A DNA stretch of 64,000 bases from a virus (Duplodnaviria > Caudoviricetes), in the IMG/VR virus record IMGVR_UViG_3300021254_000020, positions 160,001 through 224,000 of that record; one strand, 5' to 3'. The notes beneath the pieces are model-generated. The model was given only the letters and a program-made list of their open reading frames with translations, ran no database searches and was not told the DNA's origin. The position numbers and the translations under genes are program-made. Of the stretch, positions 35,192 to 46,138 are shown piece by piece; the stretch's first letter is position 1, and each line of letters opens with the position of its first letter.

Positions 35192-36025
35192 TTAGGTCCT
35201 AGGGTTCTTTATTTGTCTAAAATACTCTTTCATTAAAATCTTATAAAATAACCGTATTATAGAGCTATTGTGATATATATCTACAGTGTTGATATCAGCT
35301 CCTATATCACTATAGTATATATAATTTGGTGTAGATGCTACCTTATATCTATTACCACTATTGAACTCTCTATAATACTGTAATGGTAATTCCCTATTAA
35401 TGTATTTTATATAGGTTTCTTTAATCATATTTAAGCTATCTAATATACCATATCTCTGAATGGAATATGCTATTGCCAACAAGAAGTCTAGAAAATATCC
35501 ACTATGAGTAGCTTCTATTTTCTCTTGATTGATATTCTTCAATCTATATTTCTCTTGTATCCCATCAGAATAATACAGGAAGTCTATTTCATTTATTCTA
35601 TATAGGGAAGTATATCTATTTTTTATTCTGAAATTGAGATATGGATTTATCTTCCCACTAATATATCCAGCTCTTCTATCATTCCAAGAATGTACTGTAG
35701 TTATAGAGTCATTATCTATATACAATACATTCTCTTTGTCTATACTATTGATATCAAAAAATAGTTGTCTAGCTCTAACAATTCCTTCTTGATATCCAGC
35801 TTCTATATTAGGATTGTCTCTTCTCAGACAACCAATAGACACTTCTCTTTCCTGTTTGGGCATAACTAGATATTTTTGATATTGATCTTCTGATATCAGG
35901 TTTAGGGATCTTAGTATACTAATATTAGCCTTGGCTAGATCCCATTCCTGAATATTCATATTAATTAACCATTCATAGGGAGCTACGTAACGGGCTTTCT
36001 CATATATATTAGTCATAAGAGCCAT
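35192..36025 (-). CDS. stand-alone family-B DNA polymerase palm-like protein
   Basis: Motif A-like EWDLAKANISIL and motif C-like LYIDNDSI. Confidence 0.5.
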   Translation of the reverse strand: MALMTNIYEKARYVAPYEWLINMNIQEWDLAKANISILRSLNLISEDQYQKYLVMPKQEREVSIGCLRRDNPNIEAGYQEGIVRARQLFFDINSIDKENVLYIDNDSITTVHSWNDRRAGYISGKINPYLNFRIKNRYTSLYRINEIDFLYYSDGIQEKYRLKNINQEKIEATHSGYFLDFLLAIAYSIQRYGILDSLNMIKETYIKYINRELPLQYYREFNSGNRYKVASTPNYIYYSDIGADINTVDIYHNSSIIRLFYKILMKEYFRQIKNPRT

Positions 36026-36048
36026 TACTACTCACCTACCCATATAGA

Positions 36049-36663
36049 TTAGTTTGGAACTTGTTGTGTTACCAATGGAGCTTCATTCTGCATACTCTCA
36101 TACATACACTCCATATCTTCTTTAATTTCCTCTTGAGTTGCTCCACCAATATTCTGTTTAGTAAGCTTAGCGAATCTTTCTACATCGCTAGCATATGTTA
36201 GCTGATGGGCATAACTACCAAACTCGTTATATTTCAGATGAATAGATTCTAAATCTTCTACAGTATTTACTATAAAGGCATTAATTCCATATCTCTGTTG
36301 GATTAGTTTCAATAAACTATCTATAATGGGCATAAGAGTAGGAGAGTTATAGTTGGATATAACTATAGTATCCTCTTCATCAATCACTTTACTCATAATA
36401 CTCATAAAGGCAATGAATGCTTCATCATTCCCTAAGATATACTGAGCATATTTCTGATCAAACTGAATACTATTAGTATCTCCAGTCTCATCTTCTTTCA
36501 GATATTCTAAAAAGTCATTCAATGGTGCCAACTTATCCAATCTATATCCATAGTCCAGTATGCTGAACACATTGAATGGTTTCTTATCGTCTGCTACTGC
36601 TTTGGTAGTAATCCATTCAACTAATCTAGGATCATTTTGTGGGTCCACAATAATTAATCTCAT
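36049..36663 (-). CDS. jumbo-phage hypothetical protein
   Basis: ORF with RBS; weak similarity to 39236-40096. Confidence 0.7.
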   Translation of the reverse strand: MRLIIVDPQNDPRLVEWITTKAVADDKKPFNVFSILDYGYRLDKLAPLNDFLEYLKEDETGDTNSIQFDQKYAQYILGNDEAFIAFMSIMSKVIDEEDTIVISNYNSPTLMPIIDSLLKLIQQRYGINAFIVNTVEDLESIHLKYNEFGSYAHQLTYASDVERFAKLTKQNIGGATQEEIKEDMECMYESMQNEAPLVTQQVPN

Positions 36664-36768
36664 TTACTTATCCCTCCTAAAAATAAATAACGATAGATAG
36701 TAGAGTTCATATTAACAGTTTATTATTTCCTCTCCCTATCATTTCTATAATATATGGTTGAAAGTTAT

Positions 36769-37461
36769 TTAAGAATCTATTAAATATGGATTAGATACTA
36801 CGACACAATCTCCAGTGACTATATTGGAATACACATCTTCTATTTCTTTAGTTACATCGAATCTAACTCCATAAATATATATCTTATCATTTGTATACGT
36901 TCTAATTGGAGTATGTTCGCTTGTTTTAAATAACTCATATGCTTCTTTATTATTGGTGCTTAAGACAATACAAGAGGTCCTATCTACATTATTGACTTCG
37001 ATAAATTTATTATCTCTATTTAGTTTAATAACAAAGGAAGCATTAGCATTAAAATCTATACAGTATAATTCATCATTCTGTTTTTCATGTAATAGTCTCA
37101 TTATCTCATCCATCTCTTCACTACGAGTATCTACACTATCTTTAAGATTATCAAAAAATCCAAGTTCTCTAGACTTCTTAAAGCAGTTTATGTAGTTGAA
37201 GAAACATTGCATACATGATCCTAGATGGTTCTTACTCTTATTATCTCTAATACCATCCATAGCATTTATGAGAAAAGGGAATTCTTCTCTTATTACTTTA
37301 CTATTATGAATATATTCATTAAACTGATCAAAGTCTTTAGTTTGGCTATGAAGATTATTATATATCCATATCAATGAAAATGATAAACTGTTATTGATCA
37401 GCCTACTTATTATCTCCCTTTCTATTCTAGGATCCATAGAGATAACTTTCTTATTGCTCAT
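36769..37461 (-). CDS. hypothetical protein
   Basis: Start reassigned to MSNKK after GGAGG. Confidence 0.65.
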   Translation of the reverse strand: MSNKKVISMDPRIEREIISRLINNSLSFSLIWIYNNLHSQTKDFDQFNEYIHNSKVIREEFPFLINAMDGIRDNKSKNHLGSCMQCFFNYINCFKKSRELGFFDNLKDSVDTRSEEMDEIMRLLHEKQNDELYCIDFNANASFVIKLNRDNKFIEVNNVDRTSCIVLSTNNKEAYELFKTSEHTPIRTYTNDKIYIYGVRFDVTKEIEDVYSNIVTGDCVVVSNPYLIDS

Positions 37462-37546
37462 ATTATCCCCTCCCAACTTAATACTTATTAAGTTGTTTAG
37501 GACAAAAAAGAAAGGTAGGCCCATACTAGGACCTACCCCTCCTATA

Positions 37547-38500
37547 TTATTCATCATAAGATATCGGAATAATATCTCCAGTATTAGGATCTCTATATTC
37601 TACAACAATACCATTCGGTCCCTTATATGCTCCTACTGGTACCATCCTAGAATCATCTGTCCTATCTTCCATAGCATCTCTGAGTCTGGTAGTTACTTGT
37701 CTTGGAGTAATAGAATTAGAATTTGCATTCTTTATCATATTCTCATTATCTGCAAAGTTCCAAGTCTCATCAACGAACCCCCTACCCTCTGTACTATAAT
37801 ATTGGTTAGGATACTCTTCCATTTCATTAATACCATTGATCTGTTCATGTCTAGGAAGTGTATCCTGCATAAATCCTGTATGGTGAATGAGATAATCGTT
37901 CCTGAATGGGTTAGCCAGAGCATTAGCTGCTCTCTCTTGATTCACTTTTGAATCACCAATAAGAACTCCAGCATAGTCACGTGGGAATGCTTGAAGAGAA
38001 GTCACGTTAGCTCCTGCCCACCTCTGAAGATTACGGTATTCGTTTATACCATAATAACAGATTGCATGCTCTATATCTTTATCAAGAGGCAAACTCTGGA
38101 AGAGATTTTTTCTCTCTTCACAAGATTCTTGCAGCAAAGACATCTTGCCAGCAAAATCATAGTATCTATTAAGAATGAAGTTGTCAGGGTATTTATGGGA
38201 TATGGAGAATACCAATACATGTTCATCAAGTGATACGATACTAGCGATGATGAAATTATTCTCAGGCACATAGCTGGTCGGAGGATAAAGTCTAACATGA
38301 GAGATGGCTCTACTAGTATTATTAAGCATTACGTACCCTTCTACTACTGCAAGGATACCAAACACCGGAACAAATACTGGCATTTGAATAGCTTCAACAC
38401 TACCATCCACATTGATTCTGAAGCATGGACTTGCTACAAACAATCCTCCGTCTTTTTTGATAAGCTCAACAACTCTTTCACTAGCATTTACTAATATCAT
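37547..38500 (-). CDS. hypothetical protein
   Basis: 317-aa ORF. Confidence 0.75.
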   Translation of the reverse strand: MILVNASERVVELIKKDGGLFVASPCFRINVDGSVEAIQMPVFVPVFGILAVVEGYVMLNNTSRAISHVRLYPPTSYVPENNFIIASIVSLDEHVLVFSISHKYPDNFILNRYYDFAGKMSLLQESCEERKNLFQSLPLDKDIEHAICYYGINEYRNLQRWAGANVTSLQAFPRDYAGVLIGDSKVNQERAANALANPFRNDYLIHHTGFMQDTLPRHEQINGINEMEEYPNQYYSTEGRGFVDETWNFADNENMIKNANSNSITPRQVTTRLRDAMEDRTDDSRMVPVGAYKGPNGIVVEYRDPNTGDIIPISYDE

Positions 38501-38640
38501 TTTCTACACTCCTTTATAGCCTTTTCCAATTTAACCTTAACGATTTCAATAGAATCATTCATCCAATCAATCTGACCACTATTAGGAATCTTATCCCAAT
38601 CTACTTTACGTGCTTGATAACGAAGCTCTTCCAACTTCAT
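38497..38640 (-). CDS. 47-aa hypothetical protein
   Basis: Manual translation MKLEELRYQARKVDWDK...; ATGA coupling. Confidence 0.5.
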   Translation of the reverse strand: MKLEELRYQARKVDWDKIPNSGQIDWMNDSIEIVKVKLEKAIKECRK

Positions 38641-38644
38641 ATCC

Positions 38645-39205
38645 TTAATGGGTTTCATTAGAATTTCCTTCTTCCTTATCTACTGTATTTTTCTTAAGAG
38701 CTTTATTGAAGTCTGTAGACTTTATCTCAGCTATCTCGTTTCTTACAAGAGTGAGCTGTTTGATCATATCTTGAAGAGAAGTGAAAAGATAACCAGTGTC
38801 TTTATGAACTTGCTTATCATAATCCTCTAGGAATATCTTATATGCTTCAACCATCTTAGGACTCTTATTCAATAAGTCTATAACCGAGTTTAGATAGTTT
38901 ATACAACCAGCATGATCATATACTTCTGCTTTGCAATGAGAGCACCTAGCATAGTAATCATTAATACTATTTCCTCCCTTAGATTTAATCAGACCTAAAT
39001 GAGGACACTCATGCTGATAGCATGCCTTGATATATACCTTTTCTCTCTTCTTATCTACCAATTCATGTTCTAGTGTCTTCTCTTTAGAACACGCTAGCTC
39101 ATAATCCTTACGAAGCTTTTTCATCTTGTCAGATTCTGTAAAGCCCATAGTCTTCCATATATTACTCACCTTATTAAAGAAACTCATAACCTCTCCTCCT
39201 AACAA
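38645..39205 (-). CDS. coiled-coil protein with CPH..CSHC Zn finger
   Basis: ORF track; real start probably MSFF. Confidence 0.65.
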   Translation of the reverse strand: MLGGEVMSFFNKVSNIWKTMGFTESDKMKKLRKDYELACSKEKTLEHELVDKKREKVYIKACYQHECPHLGLIKSKGGNSINDYYARCSHCKAEVYDHAGCINYLNSVIDLLNKSPKMVEAYKIFLEDYDKQVHKDTGYLFTSLQDMIKQLTLVRNEIAEIKSTDFNKALKKNTVDKEEGNSNETH

Positions 39206-39235
39206 GAAAAAAGAGAGACCGGAGTCTCTCTTTAT

Positions 39236-40096
39236 TTATTTTGCTGCAGGTAATTGACCTGCAAACTGTGGAGCTGATATCTCTGCCATGGTCTTCTTAC
39301 CGAACCTAGCATTACTATCTTCCACTATAGCTCTAACCTGCTTCTGTCGAGCTTCATCCAGCTTAGCTGTCATATTCACTACTGGGCATATTCTGCCTGT
39401 CTGAGCTTGGAATCTATAAGTAGCGATAATATTACAAGCAGCTGTAATTGCTGCTTGCATAGTAGGAAATACACAGTTATAGTCAGACAATAGTATGCTT
39501 ACTGATCTGCTGGATGGTATTGCATTTTCAGGGAGTATAGTTGCATACTCCTCTTTGCTAATATAGGCATTGGTGAACAACATTTCAGCTATTCTCCAAA
39601 TGAACCTAGGCTCAGGAATAAAGCCAGGTTGTACACTAGGATCATCCATGAAAAGATTGGAATAGTTGGCTACGATAATCCCAAATTCGTTAGCCATTAG
39701 TTTAACCAGCACTTCTAGTGGATAGAACTGCTGTTCAACGTCTGATTCAGCAAAGAATAGAATCGGCTTATTAGTCTTATACAAACTAGCCAATATATTC
39801 ACTACGCTGTCCTCTTTCTCTGGAGATCTTAGATAATCGTAATATACTGCTAGATATTGGTTCTGTATAGCTGGGAAATTAGGATCATTCAGTTCTGTAT
39901 TGAGGATGGAATAACATAAGCTAACAGGTGGCATTAAACCAGACATGACAACACAGCCCTGGTAGAGCTGTGAGTCACATACGTCTGCTATTACTACTAC
40001 ATTAAACCCTCTCATCATTGCGTCTGGAATTGCATTCGTGTCAGTGGTCCAATACGCATAACTCTTCAGAAATGATCCTTTATTTGGCTGTGCCAT
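39236..40096 (-). CDS. jumbo-phage hypothetical protein
   Basis: ORF with GAGGAGG RBS. Confidence 0.75.
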   Translation of the reverse strand: MAQPNKGSFLKSYAYWTTDTNAIPDAMMRGFNVVVIADVCDSQLYQGCVVMSGLMPPVSLCYSILNTELNDPNFPAIQNQYLAVYYDYLRSPEKEDSVVNILASLYKTNKPILFFAESDVEQQFYPLEVLVKLMANEFGIIVANYSNLFMDDPSVQPGFIPEPRFIWRIAEMLFTNAYISKEEYATILPENAIPSSRSVSILLSDYNCVFPTMQAAITAACNIIATYRFQAQTGRICPVVNMTAKLDEARQKQVRAIVEDSNARFGKKTMAEISAPQFAGQLPAAK

Positions 40097-40110
40097 TTTG
40101 GATCCTCCTC

Positions 40111-42612
40111 TTACAACTGAGACTCTACCGTCTCTTCCTTACTATCTTCTTTTTCAGTATTCGGATTTATAGTAATATGGTCATTGACATACTCTGTCAA
40201 TATATTGAACATTAGTGCTACGTTGATCTTGTCCTTATACCGATCCCTCAGTCTACAATATAAGAACGCGTGAACTGAAGAGGATACGTCCTCTACAGTT
40301 TTGCACTGAGATGCATCGAAATCCTTAACAGACTCATTCAGATAATCGAGAATCTCTTTTCTGAACTCATCGGTGATCTCTGTAGGAACTTCATTAGATG
40401 CTTCCTCTGATTGAATATCCTTCTCAATCATATCATCTACCCCTTTATTATCAGGATAGATAATGGTACTAAATACCGGAGACTGATTATTGGTTACGGA
40501 TATCTTGAAGCAATCAGCATTCTTGTGGTCAGCGGTTCTCTGAATGCTTACTTCGATACCATCTGTTCCAGTTCCCATGATCTCAGCGACTTCCTCTTGG
40601 CACCACTCTTTGACATCTTTCTCCATCTTCTTAATCTGAGATTCTGTATCCTTGATATCGAGACGGAACTTATCAAAGCGAGCAGTAACCATACTTTTGA
40701 CCTTCGGGATTTCCTGCTTGAAACGAATAGTCTCTACTACAGGAACTCCTGGGAAACCTAATACAGCAGACTCATTATTTTTCTTAGCCTCTTCTGCTTC
40801 TATTTCCTCAGGAGTTTTTGGTCTCATAGGAAATAATCCTGTTTTCTGGACCTCTGCCTCCTTTATAGGTACGTCCTCCTTGGTTTCAGTTTCGACACTT
40901 CCTTCTATAGGAGTACGGGACATCCACTTCTCTGGAGATACGCTCTTATTAGATGGAGGAGGGATAATAATATCCACAGGATCTTTTCTAGCCATTGTAC
41001 TAATAGTAGGATTATCCATGTGCTGTTTAATGATATCTTCCTTATGGATAATCTTAGGTTCTACGATTGGTGCTACACTATCTGCTTTCTTAAGAATCTC
41101 TTTAGCAGTGGCTTCCCTTTCAGCCTTTTCTTTAGCTTGAGCCTCCATTTTATTTATATGATTGACTTGAGCTACTTCTTTCTTTTTCAACCACTCTTCT
41201 CTTGGAAGATATTCTACTTCTATTTTATCTGCCAAAAGAAGGGCAGTAGAAGCACCAAACTTCTCTTCCATTGAAGACAACCACTGCATGATATGATTCT
41301 TTATCAGCGATGGATAGCTACAGTACCTTTTACCATTTTTGAAGAAGTGCTCAAACTCCTTAACAGCACCAACAGTCTTGATCGGAGTAGAATCTTTTTT
41401 CCCACTCTTTACGATCTCCATAAACTTTTCTTTAGAGATCTGTATCCGCTTTCTACCATTGGCATCTATTTGAAGAGCTGGTTCGTATGGTTCATCTGTT
41501 ACTACTTCCTTCTTAGGAGGTACTGTATTTATTATAGGTTCCTTTTTAGGAACTTCAGGTCTTTGAATATTATCATACATTTTTACTGCATCATTCTCAA
41601 TATGAGGCGGAAGAACTATCCCAGTAGCTTTTGCTTCTTCTACGATACGATTATGAGAGGTTACTATGGTCTCCTTCTTTGTTATCGGCTCTTGTACTTT
41701 AGTCTCTTCCGCATATAGTCTATCAACTATAGTATTACCTCTCTTGATATTCACCTTGAAATTAGTATTGATCATGCCCATTATTCTACCCCTTTCTGTT
41801 TCTATAGGCGTAATTGCGTGTACAGGATCTTTGTCCTCTAGATACTTTGCTGAATATCGTACCCCACATTTAGTACAAATCAGCTCGTTCATTCCCTTAT
41901 TGTAATTATAGTCTATCTCCCCTCCACAGATCTCATGAGTAATCGGATCTGGATGGCAGCATTTTAGTTTATGATAGTCTACTTTACACACATATGGGAA
42001 ATCCCAAATTATAGGACCAAATCCCATCCTGACACCGAAGTTCTTATAATAATTGCTACCAGCATCTTCCATAACATATCCTCTTTGGAGAAGGATCATG
42101 AATATCTCAAAGATGTCTTTATAATACACCTTCTTATATTCATGCTCAGTCATTGGTTCTCCTCTCTCCATAAGAGATACGACACCATCACCATCTATCC
42201 AAAATACTTTTGGACAAAATGGCTTTAGTATATGCTGAGTATATTCAAACTCACTTTTGTTATCTTTGATACCAACGTCATCAGAACCTATTTTTAATAC
42301 TATATTAGGATCATAATCATAATAGAATGTTCTTCTATTGGTACCACTAGCCAATTCTTTGAATCCAAATGGTTTCAACAATGCATTAGTGAGTTCAAAC
42401 TTTTTGACTGGATTATTCGCTAATCTTGGAGATCTAGCATAGTCCCACAATCTTTGAATAACCCAGTCTGGGATATAAGATCTTATAGGTGGTCTACTCA
42501 ATAAATTCCAATACTTAGTAGGATCAGTAGATTGGTTGGCAGCTATTCTACCACTAATCCTGAAGATATCGGATTGTTGGTTTATTACGCCGTTCCTCTC
42601 TTTAATATTCAC
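40111..42612 (-). CDS. protein-kinase-like domain + Zn ribbon + long disordered region
   Basis: LASGTNRRTF, IVLKIG, DN..E, LMER, ED...NFG, IWDFPY; CGG..CTKCG. Confidence 0.6.
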   Translation of the reverse strand: MNIKERNGVINQQSDIFRISGRIAANQSTDPTKYWNLLSRPPIRSYIPDWVIQRLWDYARSPRLANNPVKKFELTNALLKPFGFKELASGTNRRTFYYDYDPNIVLKIGSDDVGIKDNKSEFEYTQHILKPFCPKVFWIDGDGVVSLMERGEPMTEHEYKKVYYKDIFEIFMILLQRGYVMEDAGSNYYKNFGVRMGFGPIIWDFPYVCKVDYHKLKCCHPDPITHEICGGEIDYNYNKGMNELICTKCGVRYSAKYLEDKDPVHAITPIETERGRIMGMINTNFKVNIKRGNTIVDRLYAEETKVQEPITKKETIVTSHNRIVEEAKATGIVLPPHIENDAVKMYDNIQRPEVPKKEPIINTVPPKKEVVTDEPYEPALQIDANGRKRIQISKEKFMEIVKSGKKDSTPIKTVGAVKEFEHFFKNGKRYCSYPSLIKNHIMQWLSSMEEKFGASTALLLADKIEVEYLPREEWLKKKEVAQVNHINKMEAQAKEKAEREATAKEILKKADSVAPIVEPKIIHKEDIIKQHMDNPTISTMARKDPVDIIIPPPSNKSVSPEKWMSRTPIEGSVETETKEDVPIKEAEVQKTGLFPMRPKTPEEIEAEEAKKNNESAVLGFPGVPVVETIRFKQEIPKVKSMVTARFDKFRLDIKDTESQIKKMEKDVKEWCQEEVAEIMGTGTDGIEVSIQRTADHKNADCFKISVTNNQSPVFSTIIYPDNKGVDDMIEKDIQSEEASNEVPTEITDEFRKEILDYLNESVKDFDASQCKTVEDVSSSVHAFLYCRLRDRYKDKINVALMFNILTEYVNDHITINPNTEKEDSKEETVESQL

Positions 42613-42626
42613 TAGTATTCACCTAC

Positions 42627-44567
42627 TTATTTATAGATTGCTGATAACTGCACATGTCCTTGACTATTCAAACAATGATTTTCAAACTGTTTGAACTGAT
42701 CAGTCTGTAGCATATTATTCAGATCTATAACTTGGCCATTGGATGGTGTTCTAGGATCTTGAGTACCCATCCAAGTAGGACCACATGGACCATAGTTAGC
42801 AAAGTTCTGAAGAGCTGTTTGATACGTCTGTCTATTACTCATAAACATAGCTTGTCTAGCTCCCTCAGCTTGCTGTCTCTCTACTTCCATTACGTGAATT
42901 CTATTATTCAGGAAATAGAGATTCTCCATCATTTCCATTGCACTCATATCTCTTCTTACAGATCCTTGAGTGAATTGATTAATCGCATTATACATAACTG
43001 CATTTGCCCATTCTCTTTCCTTAATAGGATCGAATGGTACATAATGATCTAAATACTGTATATTTCTAGCTGTCATCTGTTGAATCCATATGTCACGAGA
43101 ATATGCTTGCCTCTGATCTACCATCTGTGGATTGTTATTCACAGTATGGTTCATAGGAGTTCCAAACCACCAAGCATTAAATTCCTCATCATTCATCTTA
43201 TGTCTTAAGGCATATTTGAAGAATTCCATATTAGTATTATAGGCTTTCTTCTCTTCCTTCATTTGATGAAGACGAGTAGCCAACGGATCATAGGGATTAT
43301 ACTTCTCTTCAACCTCTTTAGGTTTCTCAGGCTGAGCTAGATCTTTATTAAGTTCAGCTAGATCAATACCCATAAGTCGTTTGGCACCATCCATCATTTC
43401 AAAATAAGCTCTATCTACGAAGATATCCCATTCCTCTTGAGTCAATTCTCTACCACGATCATATTCATAATCAGGTTTTCCTCCTAATCCTATTCTTTTA
43501 AGGACTATAGGAACTGGCTGACTCATATCTGGTCTTACACCAGATGGGGAAGATGGATCTTCAATTACTGGAGGTAGTGGTCTATTTCTATAAGGAGCAC
43601 GATAATCTATTTTAGGATTCATCATCTCCTTCTGTCTATATTCTTGTACTATATTTATTAGATAGAGCTTAAAATATTCATAATCCTCTCTGGTACATCC
43701 TTTAAACGTAGGAATGTTCCATCCACAATGAGCTAATGCCTTATCATAGATTGCTACATCTTTGCATATCTTTTCTAGCTCTACATCATCCTCTTGTGTC
43801 CAATTTAGAGGTGTTTCAGATATCACCTTAATATAAGTTCTATCTGGAACCAACTCATCATCAGTATATGGAGTTCCTGGTTCATGCTTAGGAACTGGAG
43901 GTTTATAAATTTTATAATGGATCTTTCTATTCTGAGAGTTCAGAATAGGAGGTTGTTCTTTCTTCTCCTCTTCTTTCTTAGAGGATCCTTTTACTATCCT
44001 CACAGTAGTAGTTATACCATGAATGATCTTATCTAAATAAGCTATACCAGTCACCTTAGGAATATCTTCTTTTGGTTTAGGTTCTGGTCTCTTTCTAGAA
44101 CCTCTAGTGATTTTAACCTTGACCTCAAACCTAGATCCAGGTCCTGGAATCATAAAGCTATCTAGATTATCATCCATGGCATTTACTACCATAGGAGCAC
44201 CACCATACCAAGTACCACCATATGCAGGTCTGTTAAACATAGATGGATTCATCCATTGGTTCTGCTGAATCAAATTTGGATTGTTATATGGATTGGTATA
44301 TCCATATGGGTTTAGTATGGTAGTATTAGCCATATTAGGTACCGCACCCATCATCTGAGGAGGAGGTATCTGTGGCTGTTGATAAAACTGTTGTGGTTGT
44401 TGCATCTGAGCTACTTGCTCAGGATTGCTGAAGTCTACATATGGTTCTAACATTGTTGGATTATCCTTTCTAGCCTGCTGGTATATTTGGCTGGCTCTAT
44501 ATTGATTTAAGGCTTCTTGCCTATCTCGTTCAGCCAGCGATTCTGGGCTAAACATACTCTCAAACAA
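42627..44567 (-). CDS. hypothetical protein with Q/N/P/Y-rich N-terminus
   Basis: 646-aa ORF. Confidence 0.75.
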   Translation of the reverse strand: MFESMFSPESLAERDRQEALNQYRASQIYQQARKDNPTMLEPYVDFSNPEQVAQMQQPQQFYQQPQIPPPQMMGAVPNMANTTILNPYGYTNPYNNPNLIQQNQWMNPSMFNRPAYGGTWYGGAPMVVNAMDDNLDSFMIPGPGSRFEVKVKITRGSRKRPEPKPKEDIPKVTGIAYLDKIIHGITTTVRIVKGSSKKEEEKKEQPPILNSQNRKIHYKIYKPPVPKHEPGTPYTDDELVPDRTYIKVISETPLNWTQEDDVELEKICKDVAIYDKALAHCGWNIPTFKGCTREDYEYFKLYLINIVQEYRQKEMMNPKIDYRAPYRNRPLPPVIEDPSSPSGVRPDMSQPVPIVLKRIGLGGKPDYEYDRGRELTQEEWDIFVDRAYFEMMDGAKRLMGIDLAELNKDLAQPEKPKEVEEKYNPYDPLATRLHQMKEEKKAYNTNMEFFKYALRHKMNDEEFNAWWFGTPMNHTVNNNPQMVDQRQAYSRDIWIQQMTARNIQYLDHYVPFDPIKEREWANAVMYNAINQFTQGSVRRDMSAMEMMENLYFLNNRIHVMEVERQQAEGARQAMFMSNRQTYQTALQNFANYGPCGPTWMGTQDPRTPSNGQVIDLNNMLQTDQFKQFENHCLNSQGHVQLSAIYK

Positions 44568-44609
44568 CTACTCTTTCCTCCCTTCGCAATTATAGTATGC
44601 AACCATAGA

Positions 44610-45269
44610 TTAGAATGGATATCCGTCCTTATACCTAGGGAGATTACTATTGTAATTCCATGGGTATGCGGTATAAGAATATGGATTTGGAGTACCGATG
44701 TAACCGCCTCCGCCATAGTAGTATGGATTATATCCATAATTGTAACCACCATAGCCATATCCATTATACTGATTCGGACTCATATAGAATCCTCTAGAGT
44801 CTTTGTTTGGGTGCCACCCATGAGGATACTGTATATTAATAACCTCTGGTAGCTTATCTAGTTTAAGTTCATACCCATCCTTCTCATCCCAAATTAATCG
44901 TTCACCACCAATTGATATATTCCTTACTTCTGGAGTATCCTTTTCTGGAACATATTCGGTAGGTTTCCAACCAAAATACTGCTGATTAGGATCAATAGGT
45001 TTGTAATCAGATCTGAATTTATCTTGCCACTTTGCATACATCACATGAAACATATTTGTTATTTTGCCCATATGAGACACACCATCTACAGGAACTAGAT
45101 TCCCTTCTGGATCTGATTTGAGATTTACATATGGGAATAAGATAACGAGATCTTTCAGCTCATTGCTTCTAATCATAGATTGGAACCATTGTTCATATCC
45201 ATAATCAGATGGGTTTACAGCTATAAATCTTCTCCCTAACTTATCCACATATTCTTCATATTTTTCCAT
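44610..45269 (-). CDS. hypothetical protein with Y/G/N-rich C-terminus
   Basis: 219-aa ORF after an early-type motif. Confidence 0.75.
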   Translation of the reverse strand: MEKYEEYVDKLGRRFIAVNPSDYGYEQWFQSMIRSNELKDLVILFPYVNLKSDPEGNLVPVDGVSHMGKITNMFHVMYAKWQDKFRSDYKPIDPNQQYFGWKPTEYVPEKDTPEVRNISIGGERLIWDEKDGYELKLDKLPEVINIQYPHGWHPNKDSRGFYMSPNQYNGYGYGGYNYGYNPYYYGGGGYIGTPNPYSYTAYPWNYNSNLPRYKDGYPF

Positions 45270-45319
45270 TTTCTACCTCCTTCTTGATTTATTCCCCTTA
45301 CATCTTTATAGTATATCAT

Positions 45320-46138
45320 TTAAGACACTTTTGGTCTTTGAATAGATATTGTTCCTGGTTTGACCATTAACATCTCTGCTGCGTTAGGTCTCTGATACAT
45401 GGGGATACATACCAGACTAAATCCGGGTTGCCATCTGATAGGAAACTGTTTATCAGGACCTAGGATTAGAGTAGAACTAGCATAATTGATATCATCTACT
45501 ATGCTCTTCTCATAACCATGAATCCAGTTTCTAGTATAGATATCTATAACAGTATTGAAAGTAGAAGCATCAGCTATTACTCTACTAACCTCATCACTAT
45601 GAATATCTGGATGATAAGACTGGTTGATCTGTACCATAGTATTAGCCTTCTTAGAGAGATGATTCTTATCTCTTAGATTCACATGTCCAGGAGTATAGAA
45701 TACTCGTATTGGGCAGAAGTTCTTGAAGATCATTAAAGCTACATTATAGCAGATAGATCTCCAGTCACTAGGAATCATAAAAGGCTGATTTGCTATGGCA
45801 TTAAGTTGATCTGGAGTACGATTTGTAGCCAACCAATCTCTCAGATACTTGTATATATTACAAACTACAGTCTTACTATCAGTGAAGACATTAAAGACTG
45901 GGACTTGTTTTGTGTAATTGCAACAAGCCCATTGTACTGCCATATATACTCCCATAGCTTCTCCGAATAATACATCCTCGTCGATATATACTGCTAGATT
46001 ACTCTCACCAGTCATCGCAGACCTATAAGTCACAACGTAACCAGGGCAAGCGACACGTAGCTTGCCCCTAGTTGTTTCTATATCCATCGTTGATGTATCT
46101 GTGAAAATATTGATACATTGATCATAGTGGATTCCCAT
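45320..46138 (-). CDS. RNase H-like protein
   Basis: IFTDTS, GEAMGV, VFTDSK, YTPGH, FNTVID. Confidence 0.7.
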   Translation of the reverse strand: MGIHYDQCINIFTDTSTMDIETTRGKLRVACPGYVVTYRSAMTGESNLAVYIDEDVLFGEAMGVYMAVQWACCNYTKQVPVFNVFTDSKTVVCNIYKYLRDWLATNRTPDQLNAIANQPFMIPSDWRSICYNVALMIFKNFCPIRVFYTPGHVNLRDKNHLSKKANTMVQINQSYHPDIHSDEVSRVIADASTFNTVIDIYTRNWIHGYEKSIVDDINYASSTLILGPDKQFPIRWQPGFSLVCIPMYQRPNAAEMLMVKPGTISIQRPKVS

